64,000 nt of DNA from Trichosphaerium sp. ATCC 40318 (lineage: Eukaryota; Protista; Tubulinea): contig JALMLS010000420.1 of the NCBI GenBank assembly GCA_038496445.1, positions 62,001-126,000 on the forward strand, given 5' to 3'. Below are positions 15,001 through 33,335 of this stretch, in pieces. The translations under genes were made by a program, and so were the position numbers. Every line of letters begins with the position of its first letter. Within the stretch, counting starts at the first letter, position 1. The notes under the pieces are model-generated. The model was not told where the DNA came from. It was given only the letters and a program-made list of their open reading frames with translations, and made no database searches.

Positions 15001-16130
15001 TACGCGAAAGCGTAAAGCTCAACATGTTGGCCAAGGATTAGCGTATGGTGCGATGGACTTGGGTATCGGATTGTACAAGGGTGTAACCGGTGTTGTTGTA
15101 CGTTTTGAACGCCGCCAGTTTGATTTACAGGCACTCTAACGCTGTATCTAGATGGAGCCTATTAAGGGCGGCATGCGTGGCGGTGCTTTAGGTGCTGCCA
15201 AGGGTATCGGTCGCGGAATAGCTGGGTACAATACTGAAAGACGGTCTATTCTAATTTTGACAAAATTTAGGTTGGTGCTCAAACCAACAATTGGTGCTAT
15301 CGATTTCGTTTCTCGTACAGCGGAAGGCATCAAAAATACCACAAAAATTTTTGATCACAACGTCAAGGCTCGCGTGCGACCGCCTCGATACATTACGTAA
15401 GTTACTTTTAAGAGGTAGTTATGTTTAACAAAGATTGTTATTTAGAGAGGAAGGCAGAATTTGTCTTTACGACTTTGACAAATCAGTTGGCCAACAAATT
15501 CTTCACAGCCTCCAGGATGGTGCCTTCAATACACAAGCTTATAGATTCCATTGCTTCTGCACAACCAACGATTGCGTGCTTGCTTCAACGACCATGTTGT
15601 GGCTGTTAACAAAGAACAAGATTGGCGAGCTGGCTTGGAAATCCGAGTGGGGCGTAGCTCTAGAACACATTCGCAATGTCGAAACCAAGGTACAAACAAT
15701 AGCAACGCCTGTGCACTTGAGAAACTAACTTGGTCTTGAAAAAGGGATCACACTTTACGGTAACTGCTAATGACAAGGAATACGACATCAAGTGCTCCAC
15801 AAAGGAGATTGAAAAATTCATTTTGAAGAAGATTTTCTCGCTGACGAACGTACACATGGTCAATGAGGAAGCCAAACGGTACGTCGTTTTTATTACGCGC
15901 GAATGCACAAGCTTATTCGTGCTTTTAGTGAGCAAGTTCGTTTGGAATGGGGCAACGACATTTTTGCGGGAGAAGCTGATGATGAAGACGCCTCTCAGAT
16001 CATCGCCAGACGCGGAAAAGACAAAAGACGGAGGATGAGTTTGACAGACACCGATGAGAACCAACCACTCCTCAGTGATAACAACAAACCAGATGAAGCA
16101 GGTTGTTGTGCTTGTTGCAACATACTCTAA
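3070..16130 (+). CDS. VPS13: VPS13 bulk lipid-transfer protein (many exons)
   Basis: Chorein_N start MLSGIAANILSKYLGDYIE and KVIDNLQIFVDRVHIRYED; WEPIIEPW; C-terminal MYFEELHINPIKINLSF, YKIVGSADFLGSPVSLVSNLGTGVKDFFFEPAKG and RVRPPRYI. Confidence 0.96.
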
Positions 16131-16377
16131 AACTAGCTACAAAAATATAGCATTTTTTAACATCACAAAACCGGTTTTTGGTGGTTTTATTTTTTTTCAC
16201 ATTTACAAAAATACAAAGGTTGATATTAGATCTTCTGGTATTCGTTGCATCCTCGAAACAAGCAATGCAATCCTTTTTTTTTTCTGGTTTTTCAAGTCTC
16301 TGTGATGTTCGTGCTGATTGTAAGCTGTTTTGGCGTTGCAAACATACTTTGCTACTAGAATTTGAGTTTGTTTCTAT

Positions 16378-19300
16378 TTAAATTCTCTTTAACTCTGTTC
16401 GCAACAAACTAAAACTTGGTCGTGATTTGGGGTCTCGATGTACGCAACCTTTAAAAATTCGTCTGAGGTGTGGATTGCAGCTCCTTGGGAGAGGCAACGG
16501 AGCGCTATTGCTTTTAGTTGCAACTCTGGTGAGATGGCGTCCAAGCATCTCCCTGGAGAACTGTTTGAATGGCACTTCTCCCGTTATCATTTCCCAAAGT
16601 ATAATGCCAAACGCATAAACATCTGCCTACAGAACGACGTTAACAAAGTTACGACTGCTCAAGTCACATGCCTTGCGCGTCACATAGACGGAGTTTCGCT
16701 TTCCATATCTAAGACTTTGGTTATTTTTTCTATTGGTGTAGGTTGTGTTAACGTACACTTCATGTGGCAAATGACTTGGTGTCCCTGCAACACTTCGGCG
16801 TATTGTCATGTTGGTATCTCGTCTAGCGGCACCTTGGTGTAGCGTCAATGACAATACATAACCGCAATATTCTACTTTGTACTGAGATGACGTACCAAAA
16901 TCAGCTATTTTTACGCTGTAGCCACCTCTTGGTTGTTTTTGAAGTAGCACATCTATCAGTTTAAGGAAAAGTGGAAGCAAAAAACAGAAAAAAACGAGAA
17001 GAAAAAAAATCCGTCAGATTTGACGTTGTGAGGATACTTGCACTCTTGAGGTCTCGATGCTACAATATCTATTAATTATAGAACTTATTTAAGTTGGAGC
17101 GTGTGCGTACAATAATATGGTATGAGTGTAAATCTGCCATACCCTCTGCAAGTTGCATGAAGATGGATCTGATGCTGCGTGTGCTCCTATCACATTTCAT
17201 TTGATGAATGTACTCGTACAGGGAGTAATCCATGAGTTCCATCACTAGCCAATGAGTTAGCCCGTTAAAAGTTGAGGCAAAGGATGCTGTCACAAAGGTA
17301 CCTATGATGTGTGAATGCCTTGGGAGCATCTCAGTACCACGCCTTTCGTTGTATTTGTGGTAGCAATAGCCGTGAAACTAAAATGAAAATGAGTTAGACG
17401 AAACAGTTGGAAGCCTCGTACGTGAACAACGTTTTCTATTACGCCCGATAATAAACTACGATAGTATTAACACACAATCAGTAACTGCAAGGTATGGGTG
17501 GGTACCTCATCGTGACGAGCTCTGCTTTGAGATCCTCAAACATGACCTTGGATTCAGGAATGTGCTTTGTTGCCACACTGTGCCCATCGTACTTGGTGCT
17601 CCACACTTCACCGTATGACCCTGAACCTATCATGAAGATCAGCAAGTCATTTACACGGGTTTAACAGGTCGCGTACCTATACGTATACGCTTTTTGGAGA
17701 TTTTTGAGTGGTCAACATTGATTATCCAGCTTGTAACAATCAGAAAAGAAGAAACACTCCTACAAAATGAAAAAATAGAGATGTACCTGTCAATCTTGAT
17801 GCCAGCATTTCTAACCAACTTCCACAATACTGGGAGTACACCAGCGTTTAAATACTTTCGCTTGGTTTCATCATCTATGAAGTGGGCATTAGAACAAGGT
17901 TTAATAGCCAAAAACACCTTTTCCACAAGCAATCATCATTTCCTTTACAGCAGCGTTCTTCTCAGCAATGCTATAACGCTCTCCTCTCATCACTCTCATC
18001 ACGTGGTAGAAGCCACTCGATTTCACTAAAGACCGTGAGTAACGTGTAAAGGGAGTGTAGTTTACGTACCGTCTGCGGGCAAAAGTTCAAGGGCAGCACC
18101 ACATCCTTTTCGTTCGAACATTTAGCGTAAAGCAAGAAAAAAACCAGAACAAGGCGTACCCATTCTCCTCAATATGCTTTCTCTGTTTTTAGCTTCAGGG
18201 CTAGCAACTGTTCAAATGTCAGTATGTAGTCTTTTGGTAACAGTTGTAAAGCTTACGTCCTGACGTCATGAGCCTGAAGAGGTTGGATAATTCCTCTTTT
18301 AACTGATTTTTGCGTGTTGTATCCCACAAATTAGCCAGAATGCGGACGTGCGAATCTTTGAATTGCAACCAAATTTGTTTAAAGAAAGTATTGTCAAAGT
18401 CAGCAAAGCCACCGTCTGGTGCGAAATCTTGGCGCGGCATTGTTTTCACCTTAGCCCGGGAGTCCATGCCGGAATTGACTTCCCTATCAACGCTTGGTTC
18501 TTTTTTTAAAGGCGGGCCATCATAGCTACTGGAACGTAGTCTACCAGCTACAAAAAATGTTACATTGGCCTCTCATTGTGGGTCACTACATGTCGACTTC
18601 CACTTAAAACATTTCCGCCTCTGTATGGGCTTTACATGCGTATAAGAGCCAAGTTCGACTATTTGTGAGCGTTGTGAGCGAGAGGCAAAAAAGCCGAATA
18701 TTGTGTCATTTAGAGCACCTTTTTACAAAGAAAACTCGCACAGTTTTCGGCTTTTTGCCTCTCGCTCCTAAAACGCATACAAATAGTGGAACTTGGCTCT
18801 TATACGCATGTAAAGCCCATACAGAGGCGGAAATGTTTTAAGTGGAAGTCGACATACACTGTGACGGAGGAGTAATCAGCCACTTGAGAGCCACAACTGC
18901 GTAAAGCTGTGCTTTGCGTTTAGTAGATTGAATGATACGGGTTAGAAGTGTAACGACGTCTCTATAGCGAGCCATTTGCTGCCTTGCCTAGATTATAAAT
19001 TAAGCTCAGCCGCGAGCAACCACAAGTGAAAAGTACCCTTGAATTTTGCACTACATAGCTTATTATTCTTATCACTTGATACTCAAGAAGGTTGTTGGCG
19101 GTGTGATCCTATTAAATGTATTAGTAATGGTATTGCTAGATTTTGAACTAACAAGATACATCAGAAGAACATTTGATCTCATTGCCAAAAAGTCTTTCAT
19201 GCACTCCTTCCTCATGCATAAGTTCACAACTTTAAACACCTAATAACCCAATTTTAGTCTAAGTATACAGCACAGCATCTCGTACGGCTATTTTGAGTTT

Positions 19301-21591
19301 GACATCAGAATTGGCTTGCTCTATGTTTCGCTCTGTAAAATCAAGTATAATATCCATGCTCTGAGGATATTTGATTATGGTTTGCGCCAGATTCTTTGTT
19401 TTGACTTGACAACACGAGTTATAACATGGTTTTAATTATCTCACGTACCACCTATAAATACTCGTATCGTCTCAGCTGCGTATAGTGCGCATCGCTTATT
19501 TCTCCTGTCGCCCATGAGAATGACGAGGGGCGTAATAATACCTTCCTCGATTATCAAGTGTTTTAATTTGACTATCACGTGTTAGCTTGTCGCAATCTTC
19601 CCTGATGTTTATTACCATCTCTAGTTGCAATCTTTGATAAGATTTTCATGGACAAAAGCGTGGATTTAACATTCCTGTGTTCCACCAATATTTTAATTAC
19701 AGCGCTGATGCCGCCTAGAAACTTTTAAGAAACAGATTAAATAAAACACAGTGCATACCTTTTTCTGCAAAAGCCATCATTTCCTTAACTTCCTGTTAGT
19801 ATACACTATCTATGACTCGTATTTATGGTACCTTACTATCTACAGCCAAACGTTAGCGGTAAAGGTAAGACATATGGGTTGCGTACCAGCAATATTTTTC
19901 TTTGCGTGTTCCAATGCTTTTGTCAAATTTGCATCTACCACCGATTAGTACACGTGAAAAAAGTGCTGATTTGCCAATGTGCACGTGCTTTTGTATTGCC
20001 TTAACGTGGATATGAGGGCACTAGTTGAGGTTTCATTTGTTATGTGCATTCTAGGCATTGGTGATACAAGTTGTTCGCGAGAGTTGTTTGCATGCGTTAC
20101 CTAATCACGTGATTAACAACCAAGTACTTTGCAATAAATTGTTTACAGTATTTCTACGATTGATGTTCTGTCTAGTCGGCCTTGATCGTGTAGGGCGACC
20201 ACTACGTGTGCTCTTCCTTCTAGATGATCTTCTCTGCTGTCGAACGTTCCTGTCTTTCAAAGGGTTCCCTCCGTGCGTTTGGCGTCGATTCAGCTTTTTG
20301 ACATTAGATTTTAGCATTTTCACCACAGTTGACTGTCTATTTACCTTTGGCTCTGGCGAGCGTTGTTCCCCGAAGAGATTTCGTATTTGCTGTAGCGGAA
20401 TGTCATCACAAAAAAATAAATAGTTATGGGAAGTACCTCTGTTCTTTGAGAACTGCTGCTTGTCAAAGTCGTCGCTGGGTCTTTGAATGTGTCAATAAAT
20501 AAGGAACTTATCAAAGCTATTCGGAAGTACCGTCATCAACGTCTGAACCAAGTGGAATAGATGCAGTGCTCATCTGAAAGAGAATTGAATTATCAAACTT
20601 GGCATCCTTAGATTAAGTTAAAAACAGATTTCTTCAGTTTTTTTTTAGAAGGTCTTGCCCCTGTTTTGTTTCTAAGCAAAGCGGCTTTGTGGGTGCACTC
20701 CAACGCCTTCGGGTAATTGCCAAGCAATTTATATGCTAAACCTATAAAAAATGTGAGCTACAATTGGGTATGGAACTGGGAATACCTTTGTTGTAGTAAG
20801 CATCACGATAAAACGCATCAATGTCCAGGGCTTTATCAAAACAGGCTATTGCCCTTTAAGAATAGTTAGGATATTAATTAGCTTGTTTACCACTTACTCA
20901 GATACTTGTCCTAGGCCGCAATATGCTATAGAATGAAGGTAAGTATTTTCGATTGTTTGGCATTGAATGTTAATTATTGATTCAATGCGAACGCACTTAC
21001 CATTTCCCATATTATTCCAGGCACTCTTGTACGTGGGGTCTAGTTTTATAGCCTCTTTGTAACATTCAATTGCCTATCCTTTATTACTTAGTCTGTAAAG
21101 GAGTAAAGTGTGAACTAACCGCCATGAACTTGCGTTGCCTGCCTAGAGTGATACCTTTGTTATTCCAAACAGCTTTCTTTTACAAAGTTGTTAGCGTGTT
21201 TTTAATTCAACAAGGAGGAACCTGGGCTGGCTCTAAGTGCAAAGTGCGGTTAAAGCAACGAATGGCGTCCTCATGACGACCCAACCAATATAAACTGATT
21301 CCCTATGACTAATCACAATCACAAGTGGACGTTTGTGCAGTACCTTCCATGACCATGCCAAATGATTGTTTGGGTTTAGATTTATCGCCTTTTTTTTACA
21401 TTATTGAGTTTTTAAACCAACTAGCGCTATGTTGTTTATCGTGCCTTGTCAAATAGTTCAATAGCTTGATCATAATTTCCTGGGGTAATAGGATCGTTTT
21501 AGTCACGTGGTGAAGGAATGATTTTATTAGAGGCCAAATAAATAGTACCTTGCGCGTATGTACTCACTCCCTGTGAAAATTCATTGGCCAT
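16378..21591 (-). CDS. TPR + ARM-like repeat + C-terminal TKL-type protein kinase (single multi-exon gene model)
   Basis: N-terminal TPRs (GNYDQAIELFDK, HEDAIRCFNRTLHLEP); ARM-like helices (IIEEGIITPLVILMG, YLNAGVLPVLWKLV); kinase motifs IGSGSYGEVW, HRDLKSA, KIADFG, DVYAFGIILWEMITGEVPF. The halves join in frame across intron 18586-18857 and a 35-nt intron. Start is approximate. Confidence 0.75.
18586..18857 (-). repeat. 272-nt intron consisting of a long inverted repeat (arms about 18590-18705 and 18739-18855)
   Basis: 18590-18656 is the exact reverse complement of 18789-18855 (67 bp). About 50 bp more pair imperfectly around a loop of about 33 nt. On the minus strand it is flanked by GT(ATGT) and (GT)AG. 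Confidence 0.9.
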
Positions 21592-21843
21592 TTGCTCATT
21601 TATCACGTGCTCAATGTGAGGTGATAATGAACGTGGCAGAATTCTTGTGATTGTGTTACTGAACTTAAACTGTAACCAACATGCGTTTGAGTTTGATTCA
21701 ATACAGCACCAGTTAAGATACACCTTAAAAATACTGCAAACCGGAACTAAAATAGCAAAAAGTCTGCTTTAAGCATAGCGCTGGCATGATTAAGTCAAGT
21801 AATCAATTCCAGAGTACCCATTATAAGCAAGTTATAACGTGCC

Positions 21844-22642
21844 ATGGCGTGTGCGCGCGTATCAATCGAAATAATTGAAGAAATAGCAAAGTGCGTCTAA
21901 AAACAACGTAACGCATGAAACGCCTTAAATACGCGTGTATAGGCTAGCAGACAACAATTCGTATCTAAAGTTAGCTGCAACATGTAGTGAATTGCGTAAA
22001 ACCTTTTGGGACCCTGTCATGTATCGCGGCAATGTACTAGAGACAATTTCAGGGTACTATTGCTTTTTTTTTTGTTGTGCAAAACAACCTTAACAAAACA
22101 CAATTTTACTGTTTTTTAGGAATTTCGAGTCACGCCAAAAAGAGTTCGGTAGATATGAAAAGACCCACAACTATTTGTGGCTAAAAAAAGATGGTGTTGC
22201 AACTGCTTCCGACGTTACAATAGAAGCTGATTGTAACGTTCCTAATGGAGTCTTTCCAAAAAAAAAATTATGGCAACATTCTAAAGGAACATGGACAGTC
22301 AGAGCCAAACTGTATCGTGCTGGAGAACAGCGTCAGAAACGCAGATTCTCGCGTGTTGAAGTTCTGTACACTGGTAGTCCAGTAGATTTTTTTGTTGACG
22401 TCACGTGTAAGTCTAAAGATTTATCTCGAAGAGATGAGAAGATAGTGCGAGCACAAGATGGCAAGATTACTCATTTGGGATGCCTTTGCTTCATGGAAAA
22501 ATTGTATGGAACATCTGGTGGTTACTGGAAGGATAGGTATCTCGTAGTATACTGCTATTTTTATAATTAACACGCTACTTATAGGTTATTGCCTAACTAT
22601 GATAAATGTACTGAACCACCACAGTTTTGTTCGGTTATGTAA
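21844..22642 (+). CDS. F-box protein with unknown C-terminal domain
   Basis: Spliced N-terminus MACARVSIEIIEEIAKLADNNSYLKLAATCSELRKTF fits the F-box pattern and continues in frame into ORF 22175-22570. Confidence 0.65.
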
Positions 22643-22814
22643 ATGTGTACCTGATAGATAAATAAAATAATATTAATATAAGACCCACTTGCATATGATA
22701 CCTGGCAGCTGCTAATGAAGACTTTCGCTTGGGTTCAAGATAACCGAAGAGCTTGACCAACTTGTTGGATAGAGGAATGGAGTGTTTTCAACGAAGTATC
22801 AAAAAGCTGTATAT

Positions 22815-24669
22815 TTATTGTTTTTTCGCTAATAGGTCTTGACGCTTACGGAGTCTCTTGGCAATGGCAAAAGCCATATCAAGACTTTGCGTGTAATTCA
22901 AGCGCGGATCACATGATGTTTCGTATTTGTCGCTCAATTTCTGTACTTGATTGGAACCACCAAGGCATTCTGTTACGTCGTCACCTGTAAGTTCTAAATG
23001 AACGCCACCAAGGTGCGTCTTCATTTCTTCATGTACGCCAAATGTTTCGATAACTTCAACGAGCATGTCATTGTAATCTCTAGTTTTGTGACCTTGAGAT
23101 TTCTTTGTGTTACCGTGACATGGATCGCAACTCCATACAACCTACGATTGACACATGTTAGCACAAATAATTCATATTGTAAAAATAGTAAATGGTGAGG
23201 GCTTACTGGAACTCCTGAGGCAACAACCGCTTTGATAATAGGGGGTAATAGTTCTTTCACCTTCTTACAGCTAAGACAGTAGTGAGCACAGCAAGCAATT
23301 TTTATGTAAATGTTGAAAGCGGCTAGTAAGGTACCCAAGTCTTGTGATGAGTGTTAGTTTTCCTTCAATCTTATTTGGATTTAGAATCTTGATGAGTTTT
23401 GCTAGCGCTTCTGGGTCTGTCGAAGGGCCAACCTTGCATCCAATAGGGTTAGCGATTCTGCAACGAAAGGAGTTAATTATTAGATCTACCATAATTATGT
23501 TATTAATCGTTTGTAGTGTACCCTCTGAAATACTCAACGTGCGCATCATCAAGGTTGCGTGTACGATCACCAATCCACAAAAAGTGAGCGCCGAGGTTGT
23601 ACCTAATGTCCAGATATTGAGTGTTTGTTGAAAAAACAAGTAATGGCGCTCCGTACTCTACGTCTTTAACTTTTCTTGTTAGCGCCTCTTCGTAGTTCAA
23701 GAGTAATCCTTCGTGAGAAGTGAACAAATCGACGGTATTAACACCGGAAGGTGCTGGCGCAGCAACGGTTTGCAAAAAGTCTAGACCTTCTGTTACACGT
23801 GTTACAATCTGCTCATATTCTTCTCTATAATAAAGACAATCAGAATAAGGATCTTTTAGTATACTGGGACGCACTTCTTGCCATCCTTAGTGGTGACATT
23901 ATCAAGGCGCCATGAATCAGCGTGGTACAATCCAGCAACACCACTGGTCGCGAGAGAACGCAAGTAGTTCAAGGTAGCAGCAGAATGGAAGTATGCTTGC
24001 ACAAGACTAGACTAAGTGTCAGTCATTTTGTCACCGTAATAAAGTTGGTACCGATTTGGGTCTGGTTCTCTGTGCTCAGGTTCAAATCCGTTGACATTAT
24101 CGCCTGGTACGTATTAATACTTGGTGCACACATGGTAACGTCATTGTCGTGATTTTTGTGAGTTGTACCTTTGTAAGATGGTATTTCTTTTCCGTTTACT
24201 GTTTCCATTGGAGATGATCTAAAAGTATTTCAGCACGGTTTAATACTATGTGACGAGGAGAAAAGAGACATTTGCAGACCTTGGTTTCGCGAATTGTCCA
24301 GCAACTCTTCCCAAGCGACAAACTGGGATTCTAGATCCCCAAATGATAACCAAACTCATTTGTAGCATAATTTTAAACTTGCTAATTATTTTATCTTCCG
24401 TGCACTCTTGAAAGCGTTCTGCGCAGTCACCTCCCTACCAACGGGTTATAAAGCGAATATTAACGCGTAAGGCGTACTTGTAACAGGAACATTTCGCCTC
24501 TACAGCATTTTGCGAGTGACTTTGTTAAATTCTTGATCTCATAGCTATGTACCAAAGGTGGCAGTGCGCGAACTTGTTCTAGGCATTTTTCTAGCAATTC
24601 AGGTGACTTGTAAGTAGGTTGTTGTAGTATTGGCTTTTTTCTCCAGCTATCTTTTGCCCAGTCGCTCAT
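22815..24669 (-). CDS. Class II (plant/actinobacterial-type) DAHP synthase
   Basis: Starts MSDWAKDSWRKKPILQQPTY; motifs GDCAERF, GRVAGQFAKPRS, TSHEGLLLNYEEALTR, HFLWIGDRTR, NPIGCKVGP, GGVHLELTGDDVTECLGG and CDPRLNYTQSL. Confidence 0.96.
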
Positions 24670-24878
24670 TGTAGTTGAGGTGAATTCAAAATGATCAAAA
24701 AAGGACTTTGACACGTAAACTGTGAAAAAAACTGAGAAAGTCTCAATTCCACAAGCGTTGTGATTTTTATTTTCAAGTCATTTTTTGAAGGTGTCTGAGG
24801 TGTAGTGCGCATAGTCATTATTCAATTAACGCTTTACGTACAAATTTTTATACTGTGAACACTTTACGCTGTACGAAG
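24670..24878. promoter_or_regulatory. Putative bidirectional promoter of DAHP synthase and AROM
   Basis: 209-bp interval between divergent start codons. No specific element identified. Confidence 0.55.
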
Positions 24879-30889
<6,011 letters not shown>

Positions 30890-30955
30890 ATGCAATCTCA
30901 TGAATAAAAATCTCTTTAGCTTGTTTTATCTATATTGTTTATTGCTATCATTTGT

Positions 30956-33335
30956 CTAAAGTACTGATTCTGAATCACGTGTATCGAGGGGAGGCATTGA
31001 GCTGTTATTTGTCTGCATGTGTTTGTGTACAGAATCTTCAATCATGTCATCTGTTTTTTTCCGCCGGTACCACCTTTGTAGTAGAAACAAATTGGTTAGG
31101 ATTGTTGGTGTTACGATTGGGTTACCTATAAACTATCCAGGCTATGATTACAGAAGTAACGACAATGATGACAATTACTACTATGGGTATGACATAGACC
31201 ATTAAAGATTGACTTTTGCAATTTGATTTATCAATATTCACAACAATCAAACTACCTGTATGTGTTGCTTGTGAGCTCGCCTTATAATTTTCACAGTTTC
31301 TCTAATGTATGACATTAAATCAAAATACATAAATCACGTGATACTACAAATTTTACAACCAGAAATAGCATTTCTTGTACCCTTGTGGTTCCACCTGTTA
31401 TTCCAATTGTATTATCAAACTACCCGATTTCTCAGTTTGGAATAAACAATAAGTTGATTTACCTCTCTACACGTATAATCAATTTTGGCTATTATTTCGC
31501 CATCCTCGTATGTACGACTGTTATTAAGAATGACATTAATACCTCCTGTGACGTTGAGGCATCCCTCTACAGTGAGATTACCTGAAATAGAAATATCTCC
31601 TAAAAACGTGTTAATTAGACGCAGGATATTGGGCCTAAAAGTGTAAAAACCTTGTCCAACTAAGTCTCCTTTGAAAATAACGTTTCCTTCAATATGTAGT
31701 AACTGATTTATGATAAAGTTGTTTTCTATCACCATAGTATCATTGTCGCATTTAACTGTTGTACAATCTACAAACGGCGTTACTTTGTCAACTTGTTAAA
31801 AAATAAGTGTCGGTTCGCACCTAATTTATCTGGTACCGCTAAATTGTATGCCAAGCTCGATTTCGAGTTAAACGGGGTCAAACTAAAATACAATTAACCG
31901 GATAGTTATCGGTACAAATTGACGAAAATTACCTAAACTCAAGACTTGCATCGCCTTCTGCTTTTTCAATAGATGGCACATCAAAACAAAAGCCAACTAA
32001 ATTGAAAATAAGTTTCTGAATTATTTCTTAGCACTAAACACTCTAACGCACGTGACCATCCTGATGGAGGAGTAACAACGTCAACAGTGATCTTTTGGCC
32101 CTGAAAAGAAACTGAACTAGTGTTTAAACTTGCTGATGAAGCTCGAGAGGGTAGATCACATGCTACGCATAGCTCAGTGTATAGGTGAATTGGAGGTGCA
32201 TAACTATCTTGGAACCCTAGCGTTAACCGTTAGCACAATATTTTGTGAATGATTGCGTTTTTTTTGTTTGTTTTACCTCTATCTTGGAAAGTAGCGCAAT
32301 TCACTGCTTCTGGGTTATCGTATTCAATAACCAGGTATGGCTTTCTATTAGCAGCAGCTTCACTTGATGCGATTTCGTAGCCTAGGCTCACAGAAATTGC
32401 TAAAAGGGACTATAAGTCGAATGAAAGTAAAGAATACAAACTTGCTTCCAGCTACAATAATCCAACCATTGTTCTCTAATACCTCGGGATTTGTCCATTT
32501 TCTAAGACTAGTTGTGACAGTCTCGTCTTTCCAACCTCTTCCAAGAAGAACAGAAGCCGCGATTGTTGCTACGTCATCTGATACATAGTATGCAGGCCGA
32601 ACTATTTTTGTTCAATAAGTACAACTAGCTAAGCTTGATGTGCATTTGTATAGCACTGTGCGTCAATTTTCATTCAAAACCCATACCACCTCCATTTGAC
32701 CCAAACGTCTCAAACGTTGTACTTTCGTTCCAGTGTACAAGAACTTCGTGTATTCTCCCTTCGTCCCCAGGTTCTTGATTAGTCTTGTAAAAATGAAGTT
32801 TGGCCGTGTATACTAAAGACCCATCCGGAATCGGTCCACCTACAGAGTATGGTTAAAACACGTATAGGACTATGCACTGGCTGTGTTAGTGTAATTTTCT
32901 GACAACCTTTAATAATAAAAATGGTGTTTAAGCCTTGTAGCGATTCAAACTTACCTTCTCTTGAGAATATCGCCCATTTTAGCAATACTGCGACATCTGA
33001 ACCATCCCATTCAATTTCGTCAGAATCACCAAAAAAAAGTCCTCTCTCAAGTTGTGTATCGATGTTTCCTTCATACGTTCCGTTGTTTACGAGTCTCAGT
33101 GTCTCGAACGCTAGCAGTAATAAGACTTAAATTACAGTTTGTTCGCTTTGAAAGCAGAATTTCCACCTATAGGAAGTCCCATCAAAGCTAGGACTACCCA
33201 CGTGTTCAATTTGGAGTTTTTTAACAAGAGTTCGTTCTAGCGCAACGTACCACAGCACCCCATCGCAATTAGTGTTATAAAACATACGAAATCGCGGACG
33301 ACATTACGGGAGAGATGCGGACTGTTAGAGATCAT
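30956..33335 (-). CDS. Type I membrane protein with DNRLRE-like extracellular domain
   Basis: Hydrophobic N-terminus; IPDGSLVYTAKLHFY..HEVLVHWNESTTF..WTNPEVLENNGW..SSEAAANRKPYLVIEY; TM segment IPIVVIVIIVTSVII followed by WYRRKK; ends ESVL. Confidence 0.6.

Noticed and set aside
18580-18862. Clean target-site duplication for the hairpin intron (GT or AGTG)
   Set aside because: Neither short repeat reconstructs an in-frame pre-insertion allele after splicing, so a simple precise introner insertion is not demonstrated. I did not call it a mobile element.
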